A stretch of DNA of 64,000 bases, taken from the NCBI RefSeq assembly GCF_009914755.1, contig NC_060929.1; one strand, 5' to 3'. Shown piece by piece: positions 29,008-43,533 of this stretch. The notes below the pieces were generated by a model. It ran no database searches, was not told the DNA's origin, and saw nothing but the letters and a program-made list of their open reading frames with translations. A program made the position numbers and the translations under genes. Source of the stretch: the human T2T-CHM13v2.0 reference genome, Homo sapiens. The stretch's first letter is position 1; every line of letters starts with the position of its first letter.

Positions 29008-30815
29008 AATTTTTAGGTTTATGAGTGGCTGTCCCTGGAGCTCAGCTATGCTTGGGAAGCTGAGCCTCCCAGTCACAGGGGGCAGGTGCAGACAGGCTTG
29101 TACCAGAGGAGGTCGGCTGTCACATCCTGTCCCCACCACTGCCCACAAGCTGTGGGGCCAGGCCTGGGGACTTAGCACACCTGGCCCACCAGCCATGGCC
29201 CACAGCCCATGGTGAGCTCAGGGAGGTGGGTGAGACAGATGGAGCTGGCCTGTGTGGCTTGGCCCTGGGAGGCCTCTGTTTCCTCCCTCAGTGCCACCCC
29301 CAACCCCAGGAGGGGTAGGGACCAGTGGGCAGACGCCGAGCCCCTGGGTGCTGGAGCAGAGGAGACTGGCGATGAGGACCTGCATGCCCATCACACCCTC
29401 TGATGATCAGAAAGAAACCAATGCAATCCCTTCCCCGGCTCTCAGCCCTTCCAGGACTTCTCACCAGTGCAGAATTCCACCGTACACCTCATCTCCATCC
29501 TGGCCCAGGGTTAGCCCTGAAGATCAGGGGGCCTGGCCCAGATACTTCCTGCTCCCCACAGTGATTTTATGGGACTGAGCCAAGAGGATGCCCTGGCAGG
29601 GGGCTTCTGGAACCTGGTGGCCTTCATCTGCACCGCCTCTCTCTGCAGGCTCCCAGGCAGCATCAGGGTCTGTCTGGCCCAAGGGGAGGTGGAGTGCCCA
29701 GGACCTTGGTACATGGGCAAGTAAGGACTGAGATGTGTGGACTGCAGACCAAGCCCATCTTCCAGGGAGAGCAAAGAGAGCGGCACTGTGCCCACCCGGG
29801 CGACCCCTCCTGCACAGGTCCCATCAGAAATGGCATGGCTCCACCCCCAGCCTCTGCGATAAAGAAATCGAGATGACCCTAAGTTGTGCAAGGTCAGGCA
29901 TCCCTCAGTGGCACAGGAACAGAACCACGGGTCTGTCCTGTTGTGCTTTTTTTTTTTTTTTTTAAAATAAAAGTGGTGGTTTTTAACCCCTTCGATCCAG
30001 AGCTCTTCTGTCTCGGTTGTGGTCCCACAGAACATTCTCTGTCTCCTACTCCTCAGTGAGACTGAAGGAACGGCTGCCAAGGAGCAGAAAGGCAGCTCTG
30101 GGGGCTGAACCCTGTGTGCAGCTGAGAGGCCGTGAGGCCTGGGATGTCCGGCAGGGTTGGGAAATAATGAGGAATAACTGGCAACTAGAATCCCAGGAGA
30201 GGGGCTTATCTTTAATGAAGTTCCTGGAAGTTATAAGCATTAAAATTAAAGAGGCAATTTCTGCTGGGCGAAAACTTTTTAGCACCAAGTGTCCATGGGC
30301 TTGCGGGAGAGAAGCCCAGGACAGAAACCCCCAGGGCAGCAGAGCAAGGCTCTTTTGTCCATCACTGCCGAGCAGCTGGGAGCCCCCTGTACTCACTGGG
30401 GAGAAAAAGCAGGTGGCCAGGGCAACAGGCAAGGGAGGGAGGGCTTGTGTAGAAGGGGAGTTGATTTTTTTTTAAGTGCATTCCCTCTTGGGACATATCT
30501 ATGGACACTTGGAAAACCCAGGAAAGAGAACAGGTCACTTCCATTCCACAGTGCAGCATGGTTATTAAGCACTTACTGTGTGCCCTGAGTAAGACGGGGT
30601 CCCTGCTCTCGGGAACGGTGTGACATGCTCGGCAACTCTGAGTTACCAGGGAGCGGGAGGGGTTCTGAAGTTCCCAGGCTCTGAGGACCGACTGTTGATG
30701 GAAGGCCTGGGCCACATCAGGTGTTTGCCCTGAGGACCCTTGTCGAGTCCCGGGACACCATGAAGGAGAATCCTGGATTTGGGGTCTGTTGTTCAGAAGA
30801 AAATGATCCCAGGTC

Positions 30816-31449
<634 letters not shown>

Positions 31450-31684
31450 TCAGTCTGTCGCTCTCAAGTTGCCCAATGTGGAAGAGATATGGGGTCTGGA
31501 GGAACGAGTGACACAGGTTCTGCAGGGCCAGTGGGTCAGCGGTGGGACGGGAATGACAGCCAGGACCCAGCATGCACTGCCCCCTCACAGGGCTTTTTCA
31601 CAAAGGCTGAACTCTGCCTGCAAATTGCACAGAGACCCTTACACGGCAAGAAACTTTTATAAATGGGAGGTACCTGCAGGCTCC

Positions 31685-31820
31685 AGGGGAGGAGGGGAGA
31701 GAGGAGAGGAAAGGAGGGAAGAGAGATAGGAGAGTAGGGGAGAGAGGACAGAGAGACCAGGGGAGAAAGGAGGGAGGGGAAGGGAGAATGAAGGGGAGAG
31801 AGGAGGGGAGGGGAGCAGGG
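31685..31820. repeat. GA-rich purine tract
   Basis: ggaggggagagaggagagg... low complexity. Confidence 0.85.
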
Positions 31821-31927
31821 AGTACCTGGGAGGGCTAATGCCCATTCTCATCCAGGAGCGAGGAAGGACCAGCTCCCAGGCTGGCCTTCTGTTAGGATAG
31901 ATCCTGCTCCATAAGAGGCCATGGAAG

Positions 31928-32090
31928 CAGGACCTGCCACAGAATTTCCAGGACCCAGGGAAAGATGTCCATGTAGGACCCCTTGTTCAAAAGTTAAGAA
32001 TTTCAAGACAGCAACAGCAGAGCATTAAACCAAGCTCAGGGCCCAGGAAGTGGGGCGTGTTACATGCAGAGGGCAATGGAGCCCTTGAAA
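31928..32090 (-). mobile_element. MER45A-like hAT-Tip100 DNA transposon
   Basis: ccccttgttcaaaagttaagaatttcaagacagcaacagcagagcattaaaccaagc matches the reverse complement of the MER45A core. Confidence 0.75.
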
Positions 32091-33508
32091 ATGCAAAAGG
32101 CATCTACCCCCGTGCACAGGCTCTGTGTGTGCTTGTGTGAACTTGTATATGGGTACATGTGCTGTGTGCATGCATGTGAACGTGTGTGTGCATGTTTGGA
32201 GGGCAGGTATGTGGAGAAGTGTCATCAGGTACAACTCTCCTCTACTTCAGTGGACCCTGGGCTCACCCAGACCCTTGGATAAACATGGTGAGGGCCCCCC
32301 ACATAGAGCCCTTCAGGACCCAGCCACATCTCAGCCAGCTGGGAGCCCACAGTGTCCATGCCCAGGCCCCATGCAGTGTTCAGAGTCCATGCAGAGTGCT
32401 GCCCATTGGGTGGGCCTGAGGCTCCAGGAAACAGACATGACAGCCCATGGGCAGGTGGCCTTCTGGTCAACAGCCATGAGGAGGCCTCAAGAGAAAGCTG
32501 CCTGGCAACCTCTTTCATCTGGGACAACTGGTCTGGCCCAACTGAGAAACAGCCTGGACTTCAGGCTGCCTCCTGCCAGTGGCTCCGTGGGTACCAGAGG
32601 CCAGGGGTGCTCCATCCTTTTTCCTGGGAGGGGTGAGTTGGGCCAGCCAGCCTCACTGTGGCCGCCTGGTGGGGCTGCAGGCCTGCCCCTTCCACCTCCC
32701 CACAGCCTTCTGGAGGGAAACACTAAGAAGAAGGCCGCTTCCTACACCATGTCCCACTGGCCTGGGGGACTTCAAACCCGGAAGCTATTGTGGCCACAAT
32801 CTCCTTTTGCAGCCCAAGAGTTGGAGGCTGGTTTCTAAGGAGACAGTCAGTGCCTGGGTTGGTGGCAGGTGGGCTGTCTGCAGGAGGAAACCTCAGTGGG
32901 CCTGGGCCTGCCTGCAGGAGGGCATTGTTGGGAAGGCTACGGAAGACTCTCAGAGCCTACATCTCCATTCAGGGGCAACTCCATCCACCCTCATCGCCCC
33001 CTCTCCACCTGGCTGTCCTTACCTCCAGCCGGACACCAAGCCAGCTCTGCTGCAGGTGCAAAGGGGCCACCTGCCCCAGCCCAGCTTCCACATGTGAATG
33101 TCCTGTGCTCTAGACAGCCAGGACCTGCTGCCACCTGCTTGCTGGGGCGGTGAGCACCCTCAGGCATACCTGTTCATCACCCACAGATGCCCAGCCCTGT
33201 GCTTACCCCACAGCACATGCACACAATGCCCCCTGGATGCCACAAATCGTTTCTAGCAGCAAATGAGTCAGAAGGGAATGGACCCAAAGTCTAGACCCCA
33301 CTCCACCCCCATCCTGCTGAGGTTGTGAGCTCCAGGGGAGCAGAGGCAGCTAAGGACACGGGCCATGGCTGGTCCCTGGCAACCTTGTAGCACCACCTGG
33401 TGACCCAGCAGTGAGCAGGGTGCTTGAAACACCACTGGGCAGGTATCACTCACACCTACACCGTGGAGCAGCCCATTCCAATGGCAAAGATTCCCGATTA
33501 CACTATTA

Positions 33509-33968
<460 letters not shown>

Positions 33969-34427
33969 TTACTAATCAAGAAAACAACACCATAATGGAA
34001 AGAGAAATATAACTGTAGACATTCAACGTAGATGTCAACCTTGCCCATGACCAAGGAAACAAACACTGAAACCATCATGAGACTTTGTTTTTCAGTTTGC
34101 TACAGTTTGGAAAGGAAACGAGCTTGCCCCTGTGTGGCTGGTGGGCATGTGGGCATGTGGGCTGGCAACAGCTTTCTGAGCGGCTGCACCTCTAAGAACA
34201 AAAGCAGTTCCATACTCTTCCAGGGAAGAGGAATGTTTCAGGAATCACTTAGAAACATAAACAGGAATTTGTGAAGGAGGCCACCCAATACAATGTTACC
34301 TGCAATGGCAAACTAAAAGCAATGTAGCTGCTTGATGGGAAGAAATGGTGAAACCCATGTCCCTACATTTGTACCTTCAAGGACCAGGCAGAAGGGTAAA
34401 GTGCACTTTTAAAGAATATTTGAACAT

Positions 34428-35100
34428 TGAGAAATAAAAATACAATCCCAAGACCTCCAACTGACTAAATGAACCCCTTCTTGGCCAAGGGGACTCCAGA
34501 GAAAACTTAAACACTGGGTTCCAAGCCATGAAGGGATGAAATGCCAGACAGACCTCATTATGCCCCCTCCCTCACTAACCGCTGCCATTGAGTTTCTTTC
34601 CTAAGGGTAAACAGAAAGCCCTTTTGAAAGATTTGCCAGACTCCCCACCCCTCGTGTAGTTTTGACACAACAACCAGCCAGCATTCCTTCCTGATAACAG
34701 ATCCTGACTGTGGACTGGTTCTAGCTGGTGTAGAGGCTGCACACAGGATGCCTCTGTGTCCTTCATTTCACCTTTTGACCTACAGAGCCTCATTTCAATG
34801 CACTTAAATGTGAAGTCTCCACCCCAAAGTGAACACAGGACACATGTAACACACATGTGAGCTCACTGTGCATGCGTGCCCCTCACCCTTGTAGAGTACT
34901 CACAGTGCCTCCTGTAGCCTCTCAGCCACCACGGTCAGCACATTCCTGTCTCATCCTCCCCACCCTCAAAGTGTCTGCTTCCGGTTTAGGGTGGAGGCCA
35001 CACCTCCCAGCCTGTGGATGGTTACTTGCAGGCTGCAACTCTTTAGAGAAATAAAGCTCTCCCTTCCATGTTTATGAATCTCATGAATCTTCAGTTGACA
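34428..35100 (+). mobile_element. Solo ERV1 LTR, MER39-like
   Basis: TG...CA termini (tgagaaataaaaatacaatcccaag ... cttcagttgaca), AATAAA near 35049, 4-bp TSD acat at 34424-34427 and 35101-35104. Confidence 0.85.
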
Positions 35101-38100
35101 ACATATAAAGAAATGAGCATGAAATGATTTTCAGTAAAATAAGTAGGAAACAAAACTGCAGATAATTAGGTGATTATCTTGGGAGATGGGAATCTGTGGG
35201 GGGGGGGAGGGAATTTTTATTTTTCTCTTCACATTTTTCCACATTTTTCTAATTTTTTTACAATGATCATACAGCACTTTCATAACAAAAAATAATAAAC
35301 ATTTTATTTCACAAAACTATAACCTGGAAAAAGTGATAAATGTCTATAAGTGAATATTCCATAGCGGTAAGAATGGATGAGGCATTTTTATCCACAAGGC
35401 AGATCTTCAGAACATGAGGCACTGCTACTGGTACTGGGCATGGCTTTGGCTGCTCTCCCAGTGGGGGTCTGAGGTGGCCCTGGGCCATCTGCCCTCACCT
35501 GGCTCTGGGGCAACAGGGGCAGGGGTGGGAGAGGCATCAGGTCTGGGAAAAGGCACAGTCCACGGGCTCCACTGGATCAAGGCAGTGCCCTCCACTCCAT
35601 CGGGCCTGAGTGGAGATGGCCTCACTGGCTTAGCTCTGCCCAAGCAAATCCACCCTCGTGTTGCCTCCAAGGCATCCGCCAGGTCCTCACCTCACCCCCT
35701 GCCCCAATTACTTATGTTCTTCTTTTTATCAGAAAAACATTCGATGTGGCCATATTTTCAATAATAGCTTGAGTCAGTCTCACTTGGTTGTGATAACTCA
35801 GAAGACTGGTGATCAGAGAGAAAGAGGAAAAGGGGGACGGGGGAGAAGGGGAAGAGTGAGGGACGGGGGAGGGAGGGAAGAGAGAGGGAGGGAGAGAAGA
35901 GCAGGACGGTGGGAGGAGGTTTCTTGGCATGCTTCCTGCTGGTTCAGACCCAGTCCAAGTTTCCTGAACCCATGTTCTGGAATGTCTGGCGCTGCCACAA
36001 GATGAGGAGGAGACCCAGCCACAGGCGTGAGGACATGGGTGCATCCTCCTCATGGCCGACCCGAGTTCCCACCAGGCACAGGACTTCGTTAACAGAAGCA
36101 GCTTCTCAGGCAAATCACACAGCACCCCCAGCCCCTGCTGAAGTGCCTCCTCCTCTCCAGCTCGCCCAAGGAGCCGGAGCTTTGGCTGCACTGGTGCTGG
36201 GGGCGGCTTCACCCCGTGAGGGTGCCACTCCATGGGCCACTGGGAGGTTGTTGTGCAGTCCTGGCCAGTTTACAGAACAGAGATCCAAACTTTCACCTAA
36301 TATATAAGACAGGAACCATTTTCATTTGACCAGAGAGGGCCTCAGGGGGATCCTGGCCCTCAGCTCCCAGGAAGAGGTCCTCTCCCCGCAGCATCCATGG
36401 GAAGTGCCTTCAGTTGCTCCAGTTCTTCACCCCTCTCTGTATCTGCCCTATGTCTGCAGCTTGGCAGGGTGTTTGCTGCTTACATTTTGAGACTCTCGGA
36501 AACAAACTGTGCCTTCTAAACACACAGTGGAATCTGACACCAATGATGCAGTCCAGAATGCTTTCTTCCCCTGGTGACAAACTTTCCGAGTATCTTACAT
36601 TAGTTTAGTGGGGCCTTCCAGCAGCTGTCCCAACTCAGAGACAGACCTGCAGGCCCATGGGCCAAGACAGAGCCCTTCCCCACCAACCTTGACCTTGGAT
36701 GAAAAGCATCATCCCTGTTTGCTGGAAGTGTGTAGTAGGATGACGGATGTGTTGGCAGAGCCAGGCCCATGCTGTCCAGGGAGGCATCAATGCTTTGCGG
36801 TGTCCAGACAGTTTACAAGGCCCAAGAATGCTGCTCCCTTGGTGAGGCAACCACCTCGTGCTACAAATCCCCTGACAAGTCACCAAGACTTGAAGGGAGG
36901 AGGCTCTCTGGAGCATGAGCCAACTCTCCCAGATGCTAACTTGGATGGCTGTGAACCCAGTCCTGCCTCAGCCATGGGCACCCCCTTCGTCGGAATCCAA
37001 GTACATTGCTGCCACCTGTGTCCATGGTTGCAGAGACTCAAGACACCACCCACAGGAGAGAGTTGCAGGAATGCCTGGCCTCACTACCCAGGGTGGGGAG
37101 CCGGATGTCCAAGGCAGGGAGGACTGGCTCTCACATTCTGCAGAAAAGACTATTTGTGTCCACCTGGGGCCATGTGTGGGGCGGTGGGGTCAGGGATGCC
37201 TCACTGCAATTCACTATTCTGGCAGTGGGGTGGGAAGAGCCTCTTTTAGTAACTCCCAAAACTGCCATTGAAGAGGGGATCCTGGACATATCCACCCTGA
37301 CCCTCTGAGGTGAGAAAAGAAACTATAACACAAGGACTGCTGCAGTTGCTCTCTAAGCAATAGGCTTGGCCCAGCAGGCACTGTTTAGGCAGCCCAGCAG
37401 GCTCCCCTGTTGCCAGGAGAATCCCAGAGACCCACTGGGACCCTCCAGCACCCAGCTATACCAGCTCCACTCCACAGCTCACCCAAGATGGACATGAGGA
37501 CTTCAGATCGTGATGTCCAGTTTTAACTAAACTAACTCCCCAAAAACTGGACACGTGACTTCACGAGGCTTTTGCCGAGGAGCCCTGGGCTGCAGGGAAC
37601 ATTAATGGGGTAGGTGCACCCAGGCAAGGATGTGGGCAGACCCTCCAGCCTCTTGTGGTCTGGGTCTGCCTTGGGAAATGGCCAGCAGGATTCTTCTTGG
37701 AGGCAAGCTGGAGATTTTTAGGTCCTGGGTTAGAGGGAGAACTATGCGATTCCTCTGAGAGACCTGGGGATGGAGGGACTGGACCCTTCCAGCCACCTGT
37801 GCTGAGCCCATCTGCTGCCTCCTAAGGGGCTCCTAAGGGGCAATGGGTGGAAGTCTCCTGGGCTATGCCCTGAGCAGACACCATCCTTTTTGCTCCTTGG
37901 CAAAGATGCCTCTCAGGATCAAAGACCTGGTGGCCTGGTCCCTCCAGGAGGAATGGGAGGGCCAGCTTCCTTCCCTGACAGCTATGGGAAGATGGAACCC
38001 AGTCCAGGCCTTGAGTGCAGTTCCCTGACCCTCATGGTAAGCGCCGTGCCTGGTCCCCTCATCTCTCTCAGGGAAGAAGTGATAAACACCATTGGGTTTC

Positions 38101-38716
38101 CGTGACTCAGGCACAGTGACTTATACATCCTTGTCACAACCTGGGCTGTAAATGCTGCCCCACACGTTCCCAGCATGAGTGAGCGCTGCCTTTCTTTAGG
38201 AGATGGAGGCACGGCCGCCTCCAGGGGTCCTGCTGCCTGTGGGCGCCCATCAGGATAGAACTCACAATCTGCCCACCACTGCCTGCCATGTGGTCCCTCA
38301 GTATCCCCAGGCCTCCTCCCACCAAGTACCCTCAGGCTTCTGTGCCTGCTGCAATCTCATCGTACAGACATCCATGATGTGGTGAAGACTTGAAGAAAAA
38401 GATGTTAAATGAGAGGTTCCTTCCTCAAGGTAGAAAGCCCCTTTTGTGGGCTGAGAATTGAAGACTGAGGACTGGGTTCGTTCCCTGAGTCCACGTCCGC
38501 TGCTGCAAGGAAAATGTGCAGTACACCCCCAACCCAATCTGCCTGGCATCTACACCTGTGCACCGGGCAGGGGAAGGAGTGGGTCCTTGTTGCTGGGACC
38601 CCAGGGAGTCCCCAGCGGTGGATGAGGTGGGCCATGGAAAGGGACTCCCCCCACCACAAGAGCTGCACAACCTGTTGAAGGGGCCGAGGCCTCCATCTTA
38701 AAGATAAGCGGCTTTA

Positions 38717-39030
<314 letters not shown>

Positions 39031-40220
39031 AAAGATTTATTTATTTAGCTTTGTGAGCCCAGGGCTGGGGACTGTCCTGGGCAGCTATGAGGTGGTAGAC
39101 CCAGCTGGCCTGCTGTCCCTGGGAACTTGGGACTTGGGCAGGTAATAGCAGCATGTCTCAGCACTGCCCCAGGAGCTGGGGATCCTGGGTAGAGGAATGG
39201 ACAGGGGAACCCTCCTTCCTTCTCGGGGCTGATTGGCACACACAAAGCGCCTTCCATATGCACGCAGCCCCATGGACGGGGCAGGAGGCAGGGCAGTCAG
39301 GGGCAGTGGCAGGTGTCCTGGCAGGAGGGAGGACGCATCCCTGGTGAGAACCATCAGGAGAGAGTCTGGCATTGCATGACCAGGCTGGAGAAGGGGAAGC
39401 CCGCGGGACCAGGCCACAGAGGGGCATCTTGTGGCCTACCAGATGGCGGAGACTTCCCTCAGGGAGTATTCCCTGCACACTCACTGACAACACCCACGAA
39501 GGCATGCAGATTCTTCCAGAAGCAGCTGAAAGCCACACATGGAAGACTGCAGTGCAGTGGAGAAGCAGTTCTCTGGGTTTCTCAGGGGCAGGCAAAGAGG
39601 TGTGTGAGCCCCCTGGGCTGTGGACAGCAGGACACCTAACGGCCCTCGAGCCTCTGCAGAAGCATCAGTCACCATGCCCAACGATCGCATCCCCTGTCCC
39701 CAGACAAGGCCTGCGTGGGAAACAGATGTCCACAGAAATCCCTGAGCCGAGGTCGCTTTGTGATCTTTTCTGATTTCCCAGTGAAATTTCACCACAAACC
39801 ACACATTTGGAACATGGCTGCTGCAGCTCAGGCAGAAGCAGGCCTCAGTGGTCGGGTGCAGAAGCTGTGGGAGTTTCCGTGTCTCAGGCCAGTTCCGGCC
39901 TGGGGACCCAAGGCCGACCGCACGTTGAGTTGAGCGGAGGATGAACCTGAGCCCCTTCACCTGGAAGTGAGAGCAGCAACTCACTGCTGATTCACACTTT
40001 CATTTCCAGCCAGGAGAGACTTTCCTCCAAGCCAGAGCTGATAAGATACAAAGACTAAGACTAAAACTCCCCAGGTTGGGATAAGATAAATATCACCAAA
40101 TTACAGCAAGTGTTTAGGTGGAGAGGACCTCAGTGATCATAACTGATGCCCACACATGTTTCTTGGCATCTGGGCTTCCTTCACTGCTCACTCAGATTCC
40201 TGGGTTATTTTAAAAATCAC

Positions 40221-40583
<363 letters not shown>

Positions 40584-41829
40584 TCACCGTCACTGCCGTC
40601 TGCCCTGCTACATGTGACGGCTGTGTTTCACATGTTCACCGGTGTGTACGCCCGGGTGTGCTTCGAACTGAGAAGCCAGGAGCCCAGGGCTTCTCTGCTG
40701 CCCACGAATCATGCCTTCTACTTGCCCTCGCTGCCCAGCTTGCAAGGCCCTTTTACTGAACTTACTTTGATTGCAATAAAAACCAGTAAAACCCAAAAAA
40801 CAAGTGCATACAAAAGTATGCCCAGAACACCTTTGGAAAACCATTTTCTGACTTGGGTGGGTTTTTTCCTTCTAGGTCTCTAATCACAAATTGCCTGAAA
40901 GATTTGCACAAATATTTACCTGAAACTGGAAGAGGTGTTTCCTCAACCATGAATCGTGGCCAGTTGTGGGTCCCTTTGAGGCAATTTCCCTGGAGAAGTG
41001 CATGGTTATTAAATTTAATAGTCGGTGCAGATGATTCATCTTTTGAAGGCGCTCAGAATGATGGCTGAGGATAAATGTAGAATTAGCCTTCTAAGTATCC
41101 AGTGGTCTGGCAACGTTCCAAGTATGCCAGGAAACAGGTAGGCGTGCTTCAGATCCACCTCCCTTTCAATAGTTTTAACAGTCCATGTACCAGAGGTGAT
41201 ATCACAACCAACCTGTAATTCAGAATAAGCCTCGTGTGGCAACATGGTTGGGGGGGGTGCGGGGAGCAGGCGAAATGCAAGGCACTTGGGTGTGGCAGCC
41301 ACGTGAACTTCTTGTTCATGCCTAAGAAGGCATGTTCATGCCAAAGCGTGTGTCTGCAGGGAAACCCGGTGCACTTGGGAGGCACAGCCAAGGCTTCAGG
41401 GGTCAGCATGGCTGGCGGACGCTGCACAGCCAAGGAGAGGTGGACTCAAACAAGGGCGGCCTCGGGGGCGGTGTGCAGGCGACACCCAGGGGATCTTGTG
41501 CACTTAAAAACGTAGGGATCCATTTGCAAAGCGAAGAGCACGCAAGGGGAGCACACATCCAGACCCGGAGTCGCCATCCTCCCTCGTGGGGCCAATCCGC
41601 CAGGGCCAACGCGGCATGGGCAGGGAGGGGAAATGTCCCGGCAGGCTCCGTGTGACGCGTCACAGTAGCGTTTTGTCCGATGTCAGGCAGTGCTTTTCTT
41701 AGACGTCCCCAGGGCTCCGGTGGAGACCAACCCGTGTGTGAATTTCAGTCTTGCCGGCTACTTCGGGTCGCGAGGCTCACGGCTTTGCTCGCACTATGGG
41801 GAAAAAGCCGGGCACTGAAGGGGACGTGG

Positions 41830-41831
<2 letters not shown>

Positions 41832-41874
<43 letters not shown>
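41832..41874. repeat. (GT)21 perfect microsatellite
   Basis: Uninterrupted GT run. Confidence 0.98.
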
Positions 41875-41875
<1 letters not shown>

Positions 41876-42007
41876 CGGCTCCGCGCATGCGCCTATTTCA
41901 ACTCCAGCCACAGCCTGGGGCCAAGACAGTGTCTTCAAAAGAGGCCCCTGACCCCGGGGTCAGAGTTGGCTACACCATGCCTTCCAGGCACGCCACACCG
42001 TGAGGTC

Positions 42008-42213
42008 ACACCGCGGACGCCCCTCACACAGGGGACGCCCCTCACACAGCGGATGCCCCTCATGCCACGGAGGCCTCCGCACACAGGGACGCCCCTCACT
42101 CCGCGGACGCCTCTCACACAGGGACGCCCCTCACGCCGCGGACACCCCCTCACACAGCGGACATGCCTCGACGCCCCTTCACATGGCGGACGCCCCCTCA
42201 CACGGCGGACCCC
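42008..42213. repeat. ~18-bp degenerate minisatellite, ~11 copies
   Basis: Unit ggacgcccctcacacagc and variants. Confidence 0.9.
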
Positions 42214-43533
42214 GACCTCGCCGCTTTCTAAACGGGAGGGGAGGAGCCGTGGCCACCGTGACAACCACAAAACAGGATGAGCCCCGCCTCCCAGAACGCG
42301 GAGTCGCGGTGGAAGAGGGTGACGCCGCCGAGAGTTCACGAGCGTGTCCCAAGCCGAGTGAGGAGCGCGCGGGGGCGCTCTTGCCCCCAAGGCCGCACGA
42401 GCGCCAAGGCCTCGCGGGGAGAATAGCCACGGGGGGAGACGGGGCCCGCGCTGCCCCCACGAACGCTGTTGGTGGGGACCCCACGGCTGCGCCCGCTGAG
42501 GTGGAGGGGCCGGGAGGACAGAGCCCCGCGCCCGCCGCCGCCCGCTTCTGACCCTGCCGGTCCCGGGCTGGGGCAGAGAAGGGCGGGCGCGGGCGGCCGT
42601 GCCGGGAGCGGAGGCGGACGCCGGCCGGGTCTCCCCGGGTCTCCCCGCTGGGCGTCCTGCGGCCGCACCTCCTCCTCCATCCGGAGACCAGGCCCCTGCC
42701 CCGCCCGCGGCTGAGGAGATAAGGAGAGGCTGATTTGAAAAGCTGCGAGGACGCGCATTTTAACCTCCAGGGACGGCTTGAGCCCCGCCCTGCCTTTCGA
42801 AAGTGCTGGGAACGGATTTTATCAGCAGGCGAAACTGTCCTCAAAGCTCCGTGGCCCAGCAAAAGGCAGGGCGGGGACGCCCATGGCCCCCGGGCCGGCC
42901 CCCTACGGGCTCAGCCTCCGAGTCCCCGGACTGGACGGCGCGGGCGTCGGGGGTCCAGGCTGCTCCGGCCGCCCCGCTGTGAGCCCGAGCTGCGCTGCAG
43001 CCGCTGGTCACGTATGGGGGTCCCCCGCGTCCTTTCCTCCAGGCCGGCAGTGGGCTGGGGCCGCAAGTGTCCCCGCGTACACTGGCCGTCCCCCAGGGAC
43101 AAGGACAGTTGCCCTGAAAAGCTGCGGCTCCCGCCAGAAGGTCCCAGCTCGGGCTGCCCCGGGCAGACGCAGAGCGAAAGGCGAGGCAGGACGGGCCTGA
43201 GGAACCTGGAAGTCCCTGCAGGGCCCCTGGAAGAGGCAGGCAGGGGGCTGCCCCACAGACGGGCCCAGGAGAGGACACGCCGGGCTGGCATCACGTGAGG
43301 AGAGCGTCCAGCAAACCACACTGGTCCCGAGGCCTCCACGAAAAGTAGATGGGCATCTCGCGGCAGCCACCACTGAGGCAGCACCGGGAAAGCATGGTGG
43401 GTGCCCACTGGCCCCGCAGAGGGCAAAGGCATGCACACGCCAGAAGGGAACGTCAAGGGGAGCAAAGAGAACCCCTTCCTCCTGGAATGGCTGAGGGGAC
43501 CAGGCCGCTCTGTGATGCAGACATCTCAAGGGG

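Larger units (their letters stand above)
41500..43370. promoter_or_regulatory. Upstream CpG island (~3-5 kb 5' of NKD2)
   Basis: Dense CpG and very high GC; GC boxes at 42282-42291 and 42580-42620, NRF1-type GCGCATGCGC at 41883-41892, E-box TCACGTGA at 43291-43298; edges approximate. Confidence 0.85.
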
